DNA of 64,000 nt from Candidatus Falkowbacteria bacterium GW2011_GWF2_43_32 (lineage in GTDB: Bacteria; Patescibacteriota; Patescibacteriia; Patescibacteriales; UBA12465). The translations under genes were made by a program, and so were the position numbers. A model generated the notes under the pieces. The model saw only the letters and a list, made by a program, of their open reading frames with translations. It was not told the origin of the DNA and did no database searches. Location: positions 3,139 through 67,138 of the forward strand of contig LCGL01000001.1 of the NCBI GenBank assembly GCA_000999715.1, given 5' to 3'. Positions within the stretch are counted from its first letter, which is position 1. Each line of letters starts with the position of its first letter. This document shows, in pieces, positions 45,636 through 55,576 of this stretch.

Positions 45636-46655
45636 TTATATTATATTAACTTCTTCTTCCAAATCAATGGCGAATTTTCTTTTGACCGCGGCTTTGACCT
45701 TTCTGACCAAAGCCAAAACTTGCTTAACGTCGGCGCGGCCGTCGTGCACCAAAATCAACGCCTGTTTCTCGTACATGCGGACCGGACCGAACTTCCGCCC
45801 CTTCAAACCGACCGCTTCAATCAGCCAACCGGCCGGAATCTTCATTTTTGTCCGGCCTTCCGGCCAACTTGGTATGGTCGGATATTTTTTTTGCAATTCC
45901 CGAAAATGCGCGCGACTGATAAAAGCGTTTTTGAAAAAAGAGCCGGCGTTAGGCAATACTACGGGATTCGGCAATTTGCTGTGGCGAATCTCTTGAATCG
46001 CGTCAATAATATCGCGTTGCTCGGGATGAGTCAAACCTTTTTCTTGCAATTTTTCGCGCAAAGGGGCATAACCCAAATTAAAGGCCGGACTTTTCTTCAG
46101 CCGCATAGTCACGGAATAAATAAAGTATTTGTTTTTTAAACGACGTTTAAAAATACTATCGCGATAACCGAAGCGACAATCCGACCGCGCAAAAATTTTT
46201 TCATGACCGGTTTTCAAATCCACGGCGCGCAGATGATAAAAAGAATCTTTCAGCTCCACCCCGTAGGCGCCGATATTCTGAATCGGCGCGGCGCCGACCG
46301 TGCCGTAAATCAAAAAAAGATTTTCCAAACCGGATAAACCGCGCTCCACCGTAAAATTGACGAATTTACTCCAAAGCTCTCCGGATTTCGCTTCTACAAA
46401 AGCATAATCTTTATCTTGCTTGATTATTTCTTTGCCTTTAATTTCATTTTTGATAACCAGGCCCTTAATTTTTTTGGCGATTAAAACATTGGAACCGCCG
46501 CCCAAAACCCATAAGGGTTTTTTATGATCGCGTGCCCAGGCAATCGCTTCCGACAAGTCTTCCCGACTGCCGACCAAAGCAAAAAATTCCGCGGCGGCGC
46601 CGATTTTCATGGTGGTATAAGGAGCTAGCGATTTATTTTTTTCAATGGTCAGCAT
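45636..46655 (-). CDS. murB: UDP-N-acetylmuramate dehydrogenase
   Basis: FAD-binding GGGSNVL and YGTVGAAPIQNIGAYG. Confidence 0.9.
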   Translation of the reverse strand: MLTIEKNKSLAPYTTMKIGAAAEFFALVGSREDLSEAIAWARDHKKPLWVLGGGSNVLIAKKIKGLVIKNEIKGKEIIKQDKDYAFVEAKSGELWSKFVNFTVERGLSGLENLFLIYGTVGAAPIQNIGAYGVELKDSFYHLRAVDLKTGHEKIFARSDCRFGYRDSIFKRRLKNKYFIYSVTMRLKKSPAFNLGYAPLREKLQEKGLTHPEQRDIIDAIQEIRHSKLPNPVVLPNAGSFFKNAFISRAHFRELQKKYPTIPSWPEGRTKMKIPAGWLIEAVGLKGRKFGPVRMYEKQALILVHDGRADVKQVLALVRKVKAAVKRKFAIDLEEEVNII

Positions 46656-46714
46656 AAATTAATTATAGTAAAAATCACGCCGCTTAACAATCCGCCCGCC
46701 GAAACGGCCGATCG

Positions 46715-48502
46715 TCAATCCACTTCTCCCATTTTCTGCAATTTTAACAATTCGGCATATAAACCGCCCGAAACTTGTGCCAATTCCCGATGACTACCCT
46801 CTTCGGCCACCCGGCCGTTCTTTAAAACGACAATCTTATCCGCCTGCCGGATAGTGCTTAAACGATGCGCAATAACGATCATGGTCCGATCGCGACTGAT
46901 TTTTTTCATGGCATCCTGAATCAGGACTTCGCTTTGGCTGTCCAAGCTGGAAGTGGCTTCGTCAAAAATCAGCACTCGCGGATTGGCCAAAATGGCGCGA
47001 GCAATGCCGATGCGCTGGCGTTGTCCGCCCGATAATTTGATACCCCGTTCGCCGACCATGGTCTCGTAGCCGTTGGCCAATTTATTGATAAATTCTTCCG
47101 CATTGGCGATTCGGGCGGCCGCCTGGATTTCGGCGCGATCGGCGCGCGGTTTGGCGTAAGCAATATTTTCGGCCACACTCAAATCAAAAATTTCCACTTC
47201 CTGCGGTACGATGGACAAGAATTTGCGGAAACTCGACAAATCATAATCCCGCAAATCCCGACCGTCCAATAAAACTCGGCCAGCTTGCGGATCATAATGA
47301 CGGTAAATCAGGCGCGCCACCGTCGTCTTGCCGCCGCCGGAAGGACCGACCAGGGCCGTCACGCAACCGGAAGTTATTTTAAAATTCAAATTCTTGACCG
47401 CCGGACGCTTGTTGTCGGCATAAGAAAACGAGGCTTGTTCAAATTTTATTTCTCCCTCGATTTTTTTCGGCTTATAAGCGTCGGCCCGATTGACAATCTC
47501 ATTTTCGGCGTTAAATAACACCATCAAGCGATGTACGCCTTCGCGCCCCTCTTCCATCCGATCGTAAAAACGCGACAAACGATAAATGGCATTATATGCA
47601 TGATCGCTCAAAGTAAAAATAAAAATCAAAGTACCGATAGTCATCGAGCCCTGCATCACGAAATAAGCGCCGAACAAAAGCACTGCCACGCGACCGAAAT
47701 CCACCAAAGAATTGCGCCCCAAACCGACTTTCATCATCCAACCCCATTGACGATCTTCGTTATCGCGCAAACGGGCGCGCGTTTTTTCGAACATCGCCAA
47801 CTCGCGATTCTCTTGGACAAAAGACTGGACGGCATTGATATTGATAATCGCTTGCGCCATCTGGCCGGAGGCGATTTCATAATCGCGAAAGATCTGCTTC
47901 CGCACCGAATACATTTTTTTATTGGCCCAATACGTAATGACGATAAAAATTATCGCAAAAAACAAAAATGACAAACCGATACGCCAATCCGTTATCAACA
48001 AAGCGACGCAGGTGGCGACCAGCTGAATCATGGTCGGCAAAGCTTCCCAAAAAACATTGTTTAAAAACTCGGAAATCTTATCCACACCTTTCTCGATCTT
48101 GATAATTTTACTGCCGGTATTTTCGCGCTCGTGATAACCGAGACTCAAATTGACCAATTTTTCCTGGGCTTTCATACCCAAAAAATATTCCGTTTTCACC
48201 AACAAACGTAAAATGCGACGGTCGCCGAGATATTGAATCAAAGAACGAACCTCATCCGTAACCAAATATAAAGCCAATAATTTCAAAAAAAACAGAAAAT
48301 TTCCGGCCGCCAAATTATTCAAGCCGTCAATGACGACTTTCAAAATATACGGTTTGGCCAAATCCAAAAAAGTGGAAATCAAAATAATGGCGGTAATGGA
48401 AAAGAAATATTTCCGAAAAGGACGCAAAAGTTTCCACAGCTCCGACCAGAACTTTTGCCGCTGAGCCGATTTAGCGTGTCGGTTGTTTTTTGTTTCGGGC
48501 AT
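46715..48502 (-). CDS. ABC exporter, fused permease/ATPase (MsbA/type IV exporter-like)
   Basis: Six-TM N-terminal half; Walker A GPSGGGKTT, LSGGQRQRIGIARA, VLIFDEATSSLD. Confidence 0.9.
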   Translation of the reverse strand: MPETKNNRHAKSAQRQKFWSELWKLLRPFRKYFFSITAIILISTFLDLAKPYILKVVIDGLNNLAAGNFLFFLKLLALYLVTDEVRSLIQYLGDRRILRLLVKTEYFLGMKAQEKLVNLSLGYHERENTGSKIIKIEKGVDKISEFLNNVFWEALPTMIQLVATCVALLITDWRIGLSFLFFAIIFIVITYWANKKMYSVRKQIFRDYEIASGQMAQAIININAVQSFVQENRELAMFEKTRARLRDNEDRQWGWMMKVGLGRNSLVDFGRVAVLLFGAYFVMQGSMTIGTLIFIFTLSDHAYNAIYRLSRFYDRMEEGREGVHRLMVLFNAENEIVNRADAYKPKKIEGEIKFEQASFSYADNKRPAVKNLNFKITSGCVTALVGPSGGGKTTVARLIYRHYDPQAGRVLLDGRDLRDYDLSSFRKFLSIVPQEVEIFDLSVAENIAYAKPRADRAEIQAAARIANAEEFINKLANGYETMVGERGIKLSGGQRQRIGIARAILANPRVLIFDEATSSLDSQSEVLIQDAMKKISRDRTMIVIAHRLSTIRQADKIVVLKNGRVAEEGSHRELAQVSGGLYAELLKLQKMGEVD

Positions 48503-49985
48503 AAGATGATAATAATCGGTCGCCGACGCGAAAAACGTCGCCGGCTCCCATCAATAACAGCAAATCGCCGTTGCCGAGTTTATTTTTTAAATATTTCACT
48601 GCCGCCGTCATGGACGGAATGTGTTTGACCGTTTGGACAATGCCGTGATTCCGATTATGCACCCGCACCGCCGCCGCCAACTGGCGGCTGGAAGTTCCGC
48701 CCTGTTTTTCTCGCGCCGAACCGTAAATATCCAAAATTATCAATTCGTCGCTGATAATGAAACTGCGCGCGAAGTCCGCAAAAAAAGCTTTAGTACGCGT
48801 AAAAGTATGCGGATGAAAAACCGTCAAAATTTTCCGGTCGGGATAACGATCGCGCAAGCCCTTGAGCGTTTCCCGTATTTCCGTAGGATGATGGGCATAA
48901 TCGTCAATCAGCAAAGTGCCGCGATATTTACCCAAAATTTGCGCTCGTCGTTCCGTTCCCCGAAAAGCGGCCAAATGCTTTTTAATTGCCGACAACGGAA
49001 CCTGCAATTCCCGCGCGGTCGCGATCACGGCCAAGGCATTTAGAATATTATGCTCTCCCCAAAGCGCTATTTCAAAGCGTCCCAAATATTTCGCGCTTCG
49101 GCCGCCCTTTCCCTCGCCACGGCAGACCACCCGAAAAAATTGTCGGCCATTTTCTTTTTGCCAATCATAAGCCAAGTAATCGGCGGCCAAAATTTCGGTA
49201 ATGACCGACATTTTATTGGCGGCGATACTCGCTCCGGTCACCAAATCGTAACTGATGGTCCGACCGCGATTATGCCGTTTGATTTTCCTAATTTCTTGGT
49301 CGCGCCGACTGACAACCAAAAATCCGCGTGCCGGAATTTTCTTAACGAAATCGGCAAAAACTTTCGTATAAGCGGCCGGAGTTTTAAAATAATCCGGGTG
49401 GTCATAATCAATATTGTTCAAAACGACGCCGCGCGGTTGAAAATATTTCAACTTATTCTGATATTCGTCCACTTCGGCGACAAAATATTTGGCTTGACCG
49501 ACCAGGCTACTCCCCTTAAACTGCGGCACCCGAGAACCGACCAAAACATTCGGCTTTTTTCCGGCGCACCATAAAACATAGCCGAGCCAAGCCGTCACCG
49601 TGGTTTTACCGTGACTGCCGCAAACGGCCAGGCCGTAATACTGATTAAAAATTTCCCCCAAAGCTTCCGGGTAAGACAAAACGCGAACATTTTTAAAACG
49701 CGCCGGATTGTTTTTGACAAAAGCCAGCTCCGGATTGTTTTGGAAATTATAAGCCGTGGAATAAATCAACCGATCCAATTTGTCCGGAATATTCCGAGCG
49801 TCAAAAGGCGAAAAAACTTTAATTTTCGCGTCGCGCAAAACCTTGTCGGTTAAAAAAACGTCTTTAATATCGGAACCGCTGACTTTGTTGCCTCGAGACG
49901 CCAAAAATTGCGCCAACATGGTCAGGCCGACGCCCTTGAGGCCGACGAAGTAGATATTTTTATTTTTTTCTTTTTTCTTGGACAT
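48471..49985 (-). CDS. murC: UDP-N-acetylmuramate--L-alanine ligase
   Basis: IYFVGLKGVGLTMLAQFL, GSHGKTT; the 3' end overlaps the ABC exporter start by 32 nt. Confidence 0.9.
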   Translation of the reverse strand: MSKKKEKNKNIYFVGLKGVGLTMLAQFLASRGNKVSGSDIKDVFLTDKVLRDAKIKVFSPFDARNIPDKLDRLIYSTAYNFQNNPELAFVKNNPARFKNVRVLSYPEALGEIFNQYYGLAVCGSHGKTTVTAWLGYVLWCAGKKPNVLVGSRVPQFKGSSLVGQAKYFVAEVDEYQNKLKYFQPRGVVLNNIDYDHPDYFKTPAAYTKVFADFVKKIPARGFLVVSRRDQEIRKIKRHNRGRTISYDLVTGASIAANKMSVITEILAADYLAYDWQKENGRQFFRVVCRGEGKGGRSAKYLGRFEIALWGEHNILNALAVIATARELQVPLSAIKKHLAAFRGTERRAQILGKYRGTLLIDDYAHHPTEIRETLKGLRDRYPDRKILTVFHPHTFTRTKAFFADFARSFIISDELIILDIYGSAREKQGGTSSRQLAAAVRVHNRNHGIVQTVKHIPSMTAAVKYLKNKLGNGDLLLLMGAGDVFRVGDRLLSSYARNKKQPTR

Positions 49986-50008
49986 TGTATTATAACCGCC
50001 ACTTTTTA

Positions 50009-51136
50009 TTATTCGATAATTTTTTTGATCAAGCCGGCGATAGTTTCGGTCGCACCCCGCTTAATTATTTTTCCGATATTCCGGCTCAAATTTTCTTTCA
50101 AAACGGAATCATGCAACACTCTTTCAATCTCCGCCGTCAATTTTTCCGGCGTCAAATCTCTTTGTTCCAAAATCACGGCCGCTTCGGCTTTGGCCAATAC
50201 CGCCGCATTGTCTTCTTGGTGACTGTTCGGCATCGGAATCAGAATGACCGGCTTATTCAAGGCCGACAATTCCGTCAAAATGCCCAAACCGGCGCGAGAA
50301 ACGACCAAATCGGCCAGAGCCAACAAAGATAAAAATTCTTCATGATCCAAAAATTCAAAAGCTTGATAAGCGCGCATTTCTGTCGGCGTCATGGTCGGAA
50401 TCGCTTTGCCGGCGCCGGTAATATGGATTATTTGACCAAGGACGCTCAGTTTGCCGATAGCCGGAGAAATTAATTTGTTGATCGCCGTCGCACCGGTGGC
50501 GCCGCCGATAATCACTATCAAGGGACAATTGCCGTCCAGACCATATTTGGCTTTTATCGCTTCGCTTCGGACACGATTTTTATCAATCTCCGAAAAAGGA
50601 TTGCCGGTCAAAACCGCCCGCGAACCGTAATCCGACAAAGACTTTTCAAAAGTAACGCTAATCACTCGCGCAAAGGGGGCCATCAATTTATTCGCCAACC
50701 CCGGTCGAACATCCTGTTGATGGATTAAAATCGGAATTTTCCGACCGGCGGCTGCCCAAACCAGAGGCGCACTCACAAAACTGCCGGCAGAAATCACGAT
50801 AGCCGGCCGGTATTGTTTTAAAATTCTCCCGGATCGCAAAAAAGCGGCCATAATTCTAAAAATATCTCCCAGGTTGGCTAAAGAAAAATAACGACGCAAT
50901 TTTCCGCTCGGCAAGGAAATAAATTCCAATTGTCCACCGGTCGCCCCGATGGCCGCGTTAAAGTGATTTATCATCTCCCGTTCCGGACCCGACGCCGTGC
51001 CGACAAAAACCAAACGATAAGCGGTTTTATCGGCGGTACCGATCAGTTTTTCCGCCACGGCCAAAAGCGGCGTCACCGAACCGCCCGTCCCGCCGCCGGA
51101 AAACATAATTGTTTTTTCAATCTTAAAATTATCCAT
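50009..51136 (-). CDS. murG: Undecaprenyldiphospho-muramoylpentapeptide beta-N-acetylglucosaminyltransferase
   Basis: FSGGGTGGSVTPLLAV N-terminus, C-terminal HQEDNA motif. Confidence 0.9.
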   Translation of the reverse strand: MDNFKIEKTIMFSGGGTGGSVTPLLAVAEKLIGTADKTAYRLVFVGTASGPEREMINHFNAAIGATGGQLEFISLPSGKLRRYFSLANLGDIFRIMAAFLRSGRILKQYRPAIVISAGSFVSAPLVWAAAGRKIPILIHQQDVRPGLANKLMAPFARVISVTFEKSLSDYGSRAVLTGNPFSEIDKNRVRSEAIKAKYGLDGNCPLIVIIGGATGATAINKLISPAIGKLSVLGQIIHITGAGKAIPTMTPTEMRAYQAFEFLDHEEFLSLLALADLVVSRAGLGILTELSALNKPVILIPMPNSHQEDNAAVLAKAEAAVILEQRDLTPEKLTAEIERVLHDSVLKENLSRNIGKIIKRGATETIAGLIKKIIE

Positions 51137-51151
51137 TTTATTCGTTTTAAA

Positions 51152-52324
51152 TCACCGTTTCAAGCCGGCGCGCCCGCTTCTGGCCGGCCGCCGCGTCTGT
51201 TTACTGATATTAAGTAAAATCCCCATCGCCAGCAAGGAAGATAAAATCGCCGAACCGCCCTTGGAAACAAAGGGCAAAGGCACGCCGGTCATGGGAATCA
51301 GATTTATCATCCCGCCGATGTTCAAAAAAGTCTGCACGGCCAGCCAAACGACGATGCCGATGGCCAAAGTACTGCCATAAATATCCGGCGCGGCGCGGGC
51401 AATCAATAAGCCGCGATAAAAAATGAACAGGTAAAGCAAGATGAACAGCGTGCTGAAAAAAAATCCGGTTTCTTCGGCCACGATGGAAAAAATGGAGTCC
51501 CCCCACACCTCGGGCAGATATAGAAATTTTTGCCGGCTCGCGCCCAAGCCCCGACCGAAAAATCCTCCGGAACCGACCGCAATCAACGACTGATTGATCT
51601 GATAACATTTATCCTGAGCGCTATAACCGGGATCTTTCAAACATTTAAAACGATCGCTTTGATAAGATTGCTCCGAACCGATGACGATATACAAAATCAA
51701 AATGGCCGACAAAACAATCACGGCGATATGCGTCACTTTTCCGCCGCCGGCAAAGAATACCACAAAAGCGGTAAAAGCGATAATGAATAAAGTGCCCAAA
51801 TCCGGTTGGGCGATCATCAAGAGGCTAATCACTCCCAAAATCATCAAAAAAGGAATGATGCCGCCGCTCCAACTGTTCAATTGACCCTTTTTCGCCTCCA
51901 ACCAAGTGGCCAGATAAATCAGAAAAGATATTTTCACCAGTTCCGCGGGCTGAAAAGAATAACCGAAAATATTTATCCAACTGCGTGCCGAGCCGTAACC
52001 GGCGCTCAATCCGGGAATAAACACCAATAACAGCAAGACGACGGAAAAAAATAAAAAAAAACCGGCAAATTTTTTCCACCAATGATAATCAACGCGCATC
52101 GCCGCAAAAAAGAAAACCAAACCGATCGCCAAACTGAACAGCTGACCGACCAAATAATGATAGGTGTTGCCGCGACTGGCATAGGAAACGACCGAAGAGG
52201 CGCTGAAAAGCATGATTAAACCGAAAACGATCAAAACGGCCAAAGCCGCCAGCAAACTCTTGTCCGCCTCATGTCCGCCGTTCGGCGTCGCAGAAAATTT
52301 TTTAGACAAACGAGCAAACATCAT
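51152..52324 (-). CDS. ftsW: FtsW/RodA/SpoVE-family (SEDS) protein
   Basis: 10-TM SEDS pattern, PEVWGDSIFSIVAEETG, PFVSKGGSA. Confidence 0.9.
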   Translation of the reverse strand: MMFARLSKKFSATPNGGHEADKSLLAALAVLIVFGLIMLFSASSVVSYASRGNTYHYLVGQLFSLAIGLVFFFAAMRVDYHWWKKFAGFFLFFSVVLLLLVFIPGLSAGYGSARSWINIFGYSFQPAELVKISFLIYLATWLEAKKGQLNSWSGGIIPFLMILGVISLLMIAQPDLGTLFIIAFTAFVVFFAGGGKVTHIAVIVLSAILILYIVIGSEQSYQSDRFKCLKDPGYSAQDKCYQINQSLIAVGSGGFFGRGLGASRQKFLYLPEVWGDSIFSIVAEETGFFFSTLFILLYLFIFYRGLLIARAAPDIYGSTLAIGIVVWLAVQTFLNIGGMINLIPMTGVPLPFVSKGGSAILSSLLAMGILLNISKQTRRPARSGRAGLKR

Positions 52325-52329
52325 GACGA

Positions 52330-53379
52330 TTAAAACTTTTTATCCAATAAAAATACCATCAAACCGACGGCGGCACCGATAGCCGCAATTACCCAAAACC
52401 GCATCACCACTTTGGCCTCCGGCCAACCGATGGCCTGAAAATGATGATGGATGGGCGACGATAAAAATACTTTCTTGCCGCGAAATTTTTTGGACAGAAC
52501 CTGAATGATGACCGATTTTGACTCCAAAAGAAAAATCAAACCGATAAAAATCAACAATAAAGAATTATTGGTCAACATGGCGATAATGCCCAAAGTCACC
52601 CCCAAACTCATTGCCCCGGTGTCTCCCATGTAAAAACGGGCGGGCGGAATATTAAACCACAAGAAAGCCAACAGCGCACCGATAATCACACCGCAAAAAG
52701 TGGCCAATTCATAGCGTCCCAAAGCGAAGGCGATGACGCCGTAAGCGGTAAAAGCGATCAACAAGGTGCCACCCGCCAAACCGTCCAAACCGTCGGTTTC
52801 GTTGACGGAAAAGGAGGTGGCCACGATGATAAAAATAAAAATCGGAATATACCAGGCGCCAATTTCAAAATTGCCGAAAAAAGGCACATGAAATACCGTC
52901 CAATCCAGTTTAAAATAAAACCACAACGCGCCGACAATGGCAATCAGAGTATAAATAAATAAGCGATGACGCAATTTCAAACCGCCGCCGCCCAAAACTC
53001 CTCGGCCGCGAACGTCCAGCCAATCGTCAAACAAACCGATTAAAGCCGAAATAACCAAGGCTCCCAACGGCAATAAAGTTTCCGCCCGCGACAGAAAATT
53101 CAAATAAGAAAAAATGTCGGCGACAAACAATCTGTCCAATAAGGCAAACAATAAAATAAAAATCAACACCGTTCCCCAAATCAACACCCCGCCCATCGTC
53201 GGCGTCCCTTCTTTGTGAGCGTGCAAACCGGTAAAAATCGGCGTCTCGCCGTTCGCCCGCACTTTTTTGCCCAGTTTGTATTTGTATAAATAGCGCGTCA
53301 AAAGAGGTGTGACTAACATGGCAAAAATAAAAGCCAGCGTGGAAAAAAACAAAATTTTAATGACATAAGCTTCCAGCAT
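52330..53379 (-). CDS. mraY: Phospho-N-acetylmuramoyl-pentapeptide transferase
   Basis: KEGTPTMGG, NETDGLDGLA, MGDTGAMSLG motifs. Confidence 0.95.
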   Translation of the reverse strand: MLEAYVIKILFFSTLAFIFAMLVTPLLTRYLYKYKLGKKVRANGETPIFTGLHAHKEGTPTMGGVLIWGTVLIFILLFALLDRLFVADIFSYLNFLSRAETLLPLGALVISALIGLFDDWLDVRGRGVLGGGGLKLRHRLFIYTLIAIVGALWFYFKLDWTVFHVPFFGNFEIGAWYIPIFIFIIVATSFSVNETDGLDGLAGGTLLIAFTAYGVIAFALGRYELATFCGVIIGALLAFLWFNIPPARFYMGDTGAMSLGVTLGIIAMLTNNSLLLIFIGLIFLLESKSVIIQVLSKKFRGKKVFLSSPIHHHFQAIGWPEAKVVMRFWVIAAIGAAVGLMVFLLDKKF

Positions 53380-53385
53380 AAATTC

Positions 53386-53799
53386 TTAACGAAAATTAAC
53401 TAAATAAATAAACATCATCGCCAAACCGAGAAACACCGCAAAAACCGTGGCGGCCACCGACAAAAGATGAGTAAAGGTGAAAAAATTTTTATGACGACTC
53501 AAGCCGGCGGCCACGCTTAAATTTAATATCAAAATCGCCAGTCCGAAAAGCGGATAATAAAAAATGTGCGACGGATCTCCGGCCAAATCGATTCCGTAAT
53601 CCACATTATAATGCTGAACCAACAACTTGCCGGTCAGGTGGCGATATATATAAACGGCCGCCCACCAAGCGCCCAACTGCAATAAACCGTTAATTATCAG
53701 ATAGACACGGCTGGGACGAAAACGCCAAACGGCCAGCAAGGCCGTGCCGACTCGCCGTCGCCAGTCATGAAAACGGGCATAAAAATCGGAATAAACCAT
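53386..53799 (-). CDS. Small membrane protein, unknown function
   Basis: Start set at ATG 53799 (MVYSDFY); four TM segments. The longer ORF would overlap the divergent promoter region. Confidence 0.4.
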   Translation of the reverse strand: MVYSDFYARFHDWRRRVGTALLAVWRFRPSRVYLIINGLLQLGAWWAAVYIYRHLTGKLLVQHYNVDYGIDLAGDPSHIFYYPLFGLAILILNLSVAAGLSRHKNFFTFTHLLSVAATVFAVFLGLAMMFIYLVNFR

Positions 53800-53868
53800 A
53801 AAATAAGAAAAATAATCAAATAATTGACCTGATTTAAGTTTATCACATTTTAAAATAATACAAAACCG

Positions 53869-53877
53869 TGTTATAAT
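53869..53877 (+). promoter_or_regulatory. Extended -10 element TGtTATAAT 9 nt upstream of the GspE-like ATG
   Basis: tgttataat at 53869-53877; no SD before ATG 53887. Confidence 0.4.
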
Positions 53878-53886
53878 AAAGCCATT

Positions 53887-54894
53887 ATGAGCAAAAAAAT
53901 CATTACCAATCTTCTCCGCTACGCCACCCGGGAAGGGGCGCATAATTTGACGATTACCAGCCGGCCGCACCAGATCTCTTTTGATTATCTGCCGGCGGAC
54001 GGTGTCCGACGAGAGTTTAGTTTACCGAAAAAATTGGAACAAAACTTCATCGGCAATCTGCGACAAATTCTGGCTGTCGCGCCGCAGGAATTAATTGTCA
54101 AAAAATATTGCCGACTAAACGACCAGCAGGGTCGCCTGGCTTTTTATCTGACCATTCTGCCGGACGGACAAGGAGAAAAAATCATCATCAATATCAACAA
54201 TCGGGAAAACGACATTTGGCGGCTCAATCAGTTGGGACTGCAAACGTCGGACAGGCACGCCCTGCAAAAAGCTATCCACGGCCGTTCCGGCCTGATTATC
54301 ATCAGTTCTCCGCCGGACGGCGGCAAAAGCACCACTCTCCGTGCCCTGCTGACGGAACTGAACGATCCGCGACTGAATATTTATTTCCTGTCGGAAAATC
54401 TGCCGATTGAATTGCCCGGCATCAACCTATTGGCCAACCGACCGGCGAACTGGGACAAAATAATCCGCCATGACTGCGAAATAATCGCCGTTGACGATTT
54501 GGATGAAGCCGGAAGCTTGGAAAAAGCTCTCCGGGCGGCCGCCTCCGGACGTTTAGTTCTAGGCACCATGACCGGTGACGATTCCTTTGAAATCTTGAAT
54601 AAATTGCTGGCAGTCAACCTGCCCTTGAAATTAAAACTGGACGGACTTAAAATGATTGTCAGCCAACGTTTAGCCGATTTGAAGCGAAGCGGAACGAAAA
54701 AAAATCAACGGCAAAAAATCGCTTTGTTTGAAATTCTTTCCCTGAATGCGGACCTAAAAAAATTCCTGTCGGAAACAAATTCGGATGAAACCCGCGAGTT
54801 TGCCGCCGCATTGGAAAAAATAGCGCTGACCAGCGGTTTTCGCCCCTGGACAACGGACCGGCGACAAAAAATCAAAGACGGCTTGCTTGTTTAA
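53887..54894 (+). CDS. GspE/PilB-family secretion-ATPase-like protein with degenerate catalytic motifs
   Basis: Walker A-like SSPPDGGKSTT. The Walker B/Glu region reads EIIAVDDLDE and the His-box region reads SGRLVLGTMTGD (no His). The N-terminal domain resembles the GspE N2 domain. Confidence 0.65.
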   Translation: MSKKIITNLLRYATREGAHNLTITSRPHQISFDYLPADGVRREFSLPKKLEQNFIGNLRQILAVAPQELIVKKYCRLNDQQGRLAFYLTILPDGQGEKIIININNRENDIWRLNQLGLQTSDRHALQKAIHGRSGLIIISSPPDGGKSTTLRALLTELNDPRLNIYFLSENLPIELPGINLLANRPANWDKIIRHDCEIIAVDDLDEAGSLEKALRAAASGRLVLGTMTGDDSFEILNKLLAVNLPLKLKLDGLKMIVSQRLADLKRSGTKKNQRQKIALFEILSLNADLKKFLSETNSDETREFAAALEKIALTSGFRPWTTDRRQKIKDGLLV

Positions 54895-54909
54895 AAGATT
54901 CACGGTCAT

Positions 54910-55572
54910 ATGGCAAAAATCATTTGTATCATCCCGGCCTGGAACGAAGCCGGCAATATCGCCAAAGTCATCAACGGCGCTCGCTCGCAAGTTGACGAAG
55001 TCGTGGTCGTCGATGACGGTTCCACCGACGACACTTATCGCGTCGCGGCGGCTACAGGCGTGACGGTTTTGCGTCACCCCATCAATCGCGGTCAAGGCGC
55101 CGCTCTGCAAACCGGCAACGACTACGCCTTAAAAAACGGCGCGGACATCATCATTCATTTTGACGGCGACGATCAATTTTTGGCCGCGGAAATAAAAGAT
55201 CTGGCCGCTCCCCTCTTGGACAATCGAGCCGATATTGTTTTCGGTTCCCGTTTTCTGGGAAAAAAAAGCAATTTGCCTTTCGGAAAAAAATATTTTATCA
55301 TGCCTCTGGCCAAAATATTCATGCGCTTGTTGGGCATTAAGCTCAGCGATCCGCAAAACGGTTTCCGGGCTTTAAACCGATTGGCCGCGCAAAAAATCGT
55401 CATCGCCAATCGGGAGATGGCGCACAGCAGTGAAATTCAAGCGAAAGCTTTTCAATACAAACTAAGGGTCGCGGAGGTGCCGGTCACCGTAATTTATCAT
55501 CATTTCGGACAAAAATTTTCCGGCGGACTGAAAGTCATCAACGATTTGTTAATCCATAAAATAATCAAATAA
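54910..55572 (+). CDS. Family 2 glycosyltransferase (polyprenyl-phosphate sugar synthase-like)
   Basis: IIPAWNEAGNI..VVVVDDGSTDDT, DGDDQ motif. Confidence 0.85.
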   Translation: MAKIICIIPAWNEAGNIAKVINGARSQVDEVVVVDDGSTDDTYRVAAATGVTVLRHPINRGQGAALQTGNDYALKNGADIIIHFDGDDQFLAAEIKDLAAPLLDNRADIVFGSRFLGKKSNLPFGKKYFIMPLAKIFMRLLGIKLSDPQNGFRALNRLAAQKIVIANREMAHSSEIQAKAFQYKLRVAEVPVTVIYHHFGQKFSGGLKVINDLLIHKIIK

Positions 55573-55576
55573 TCTT

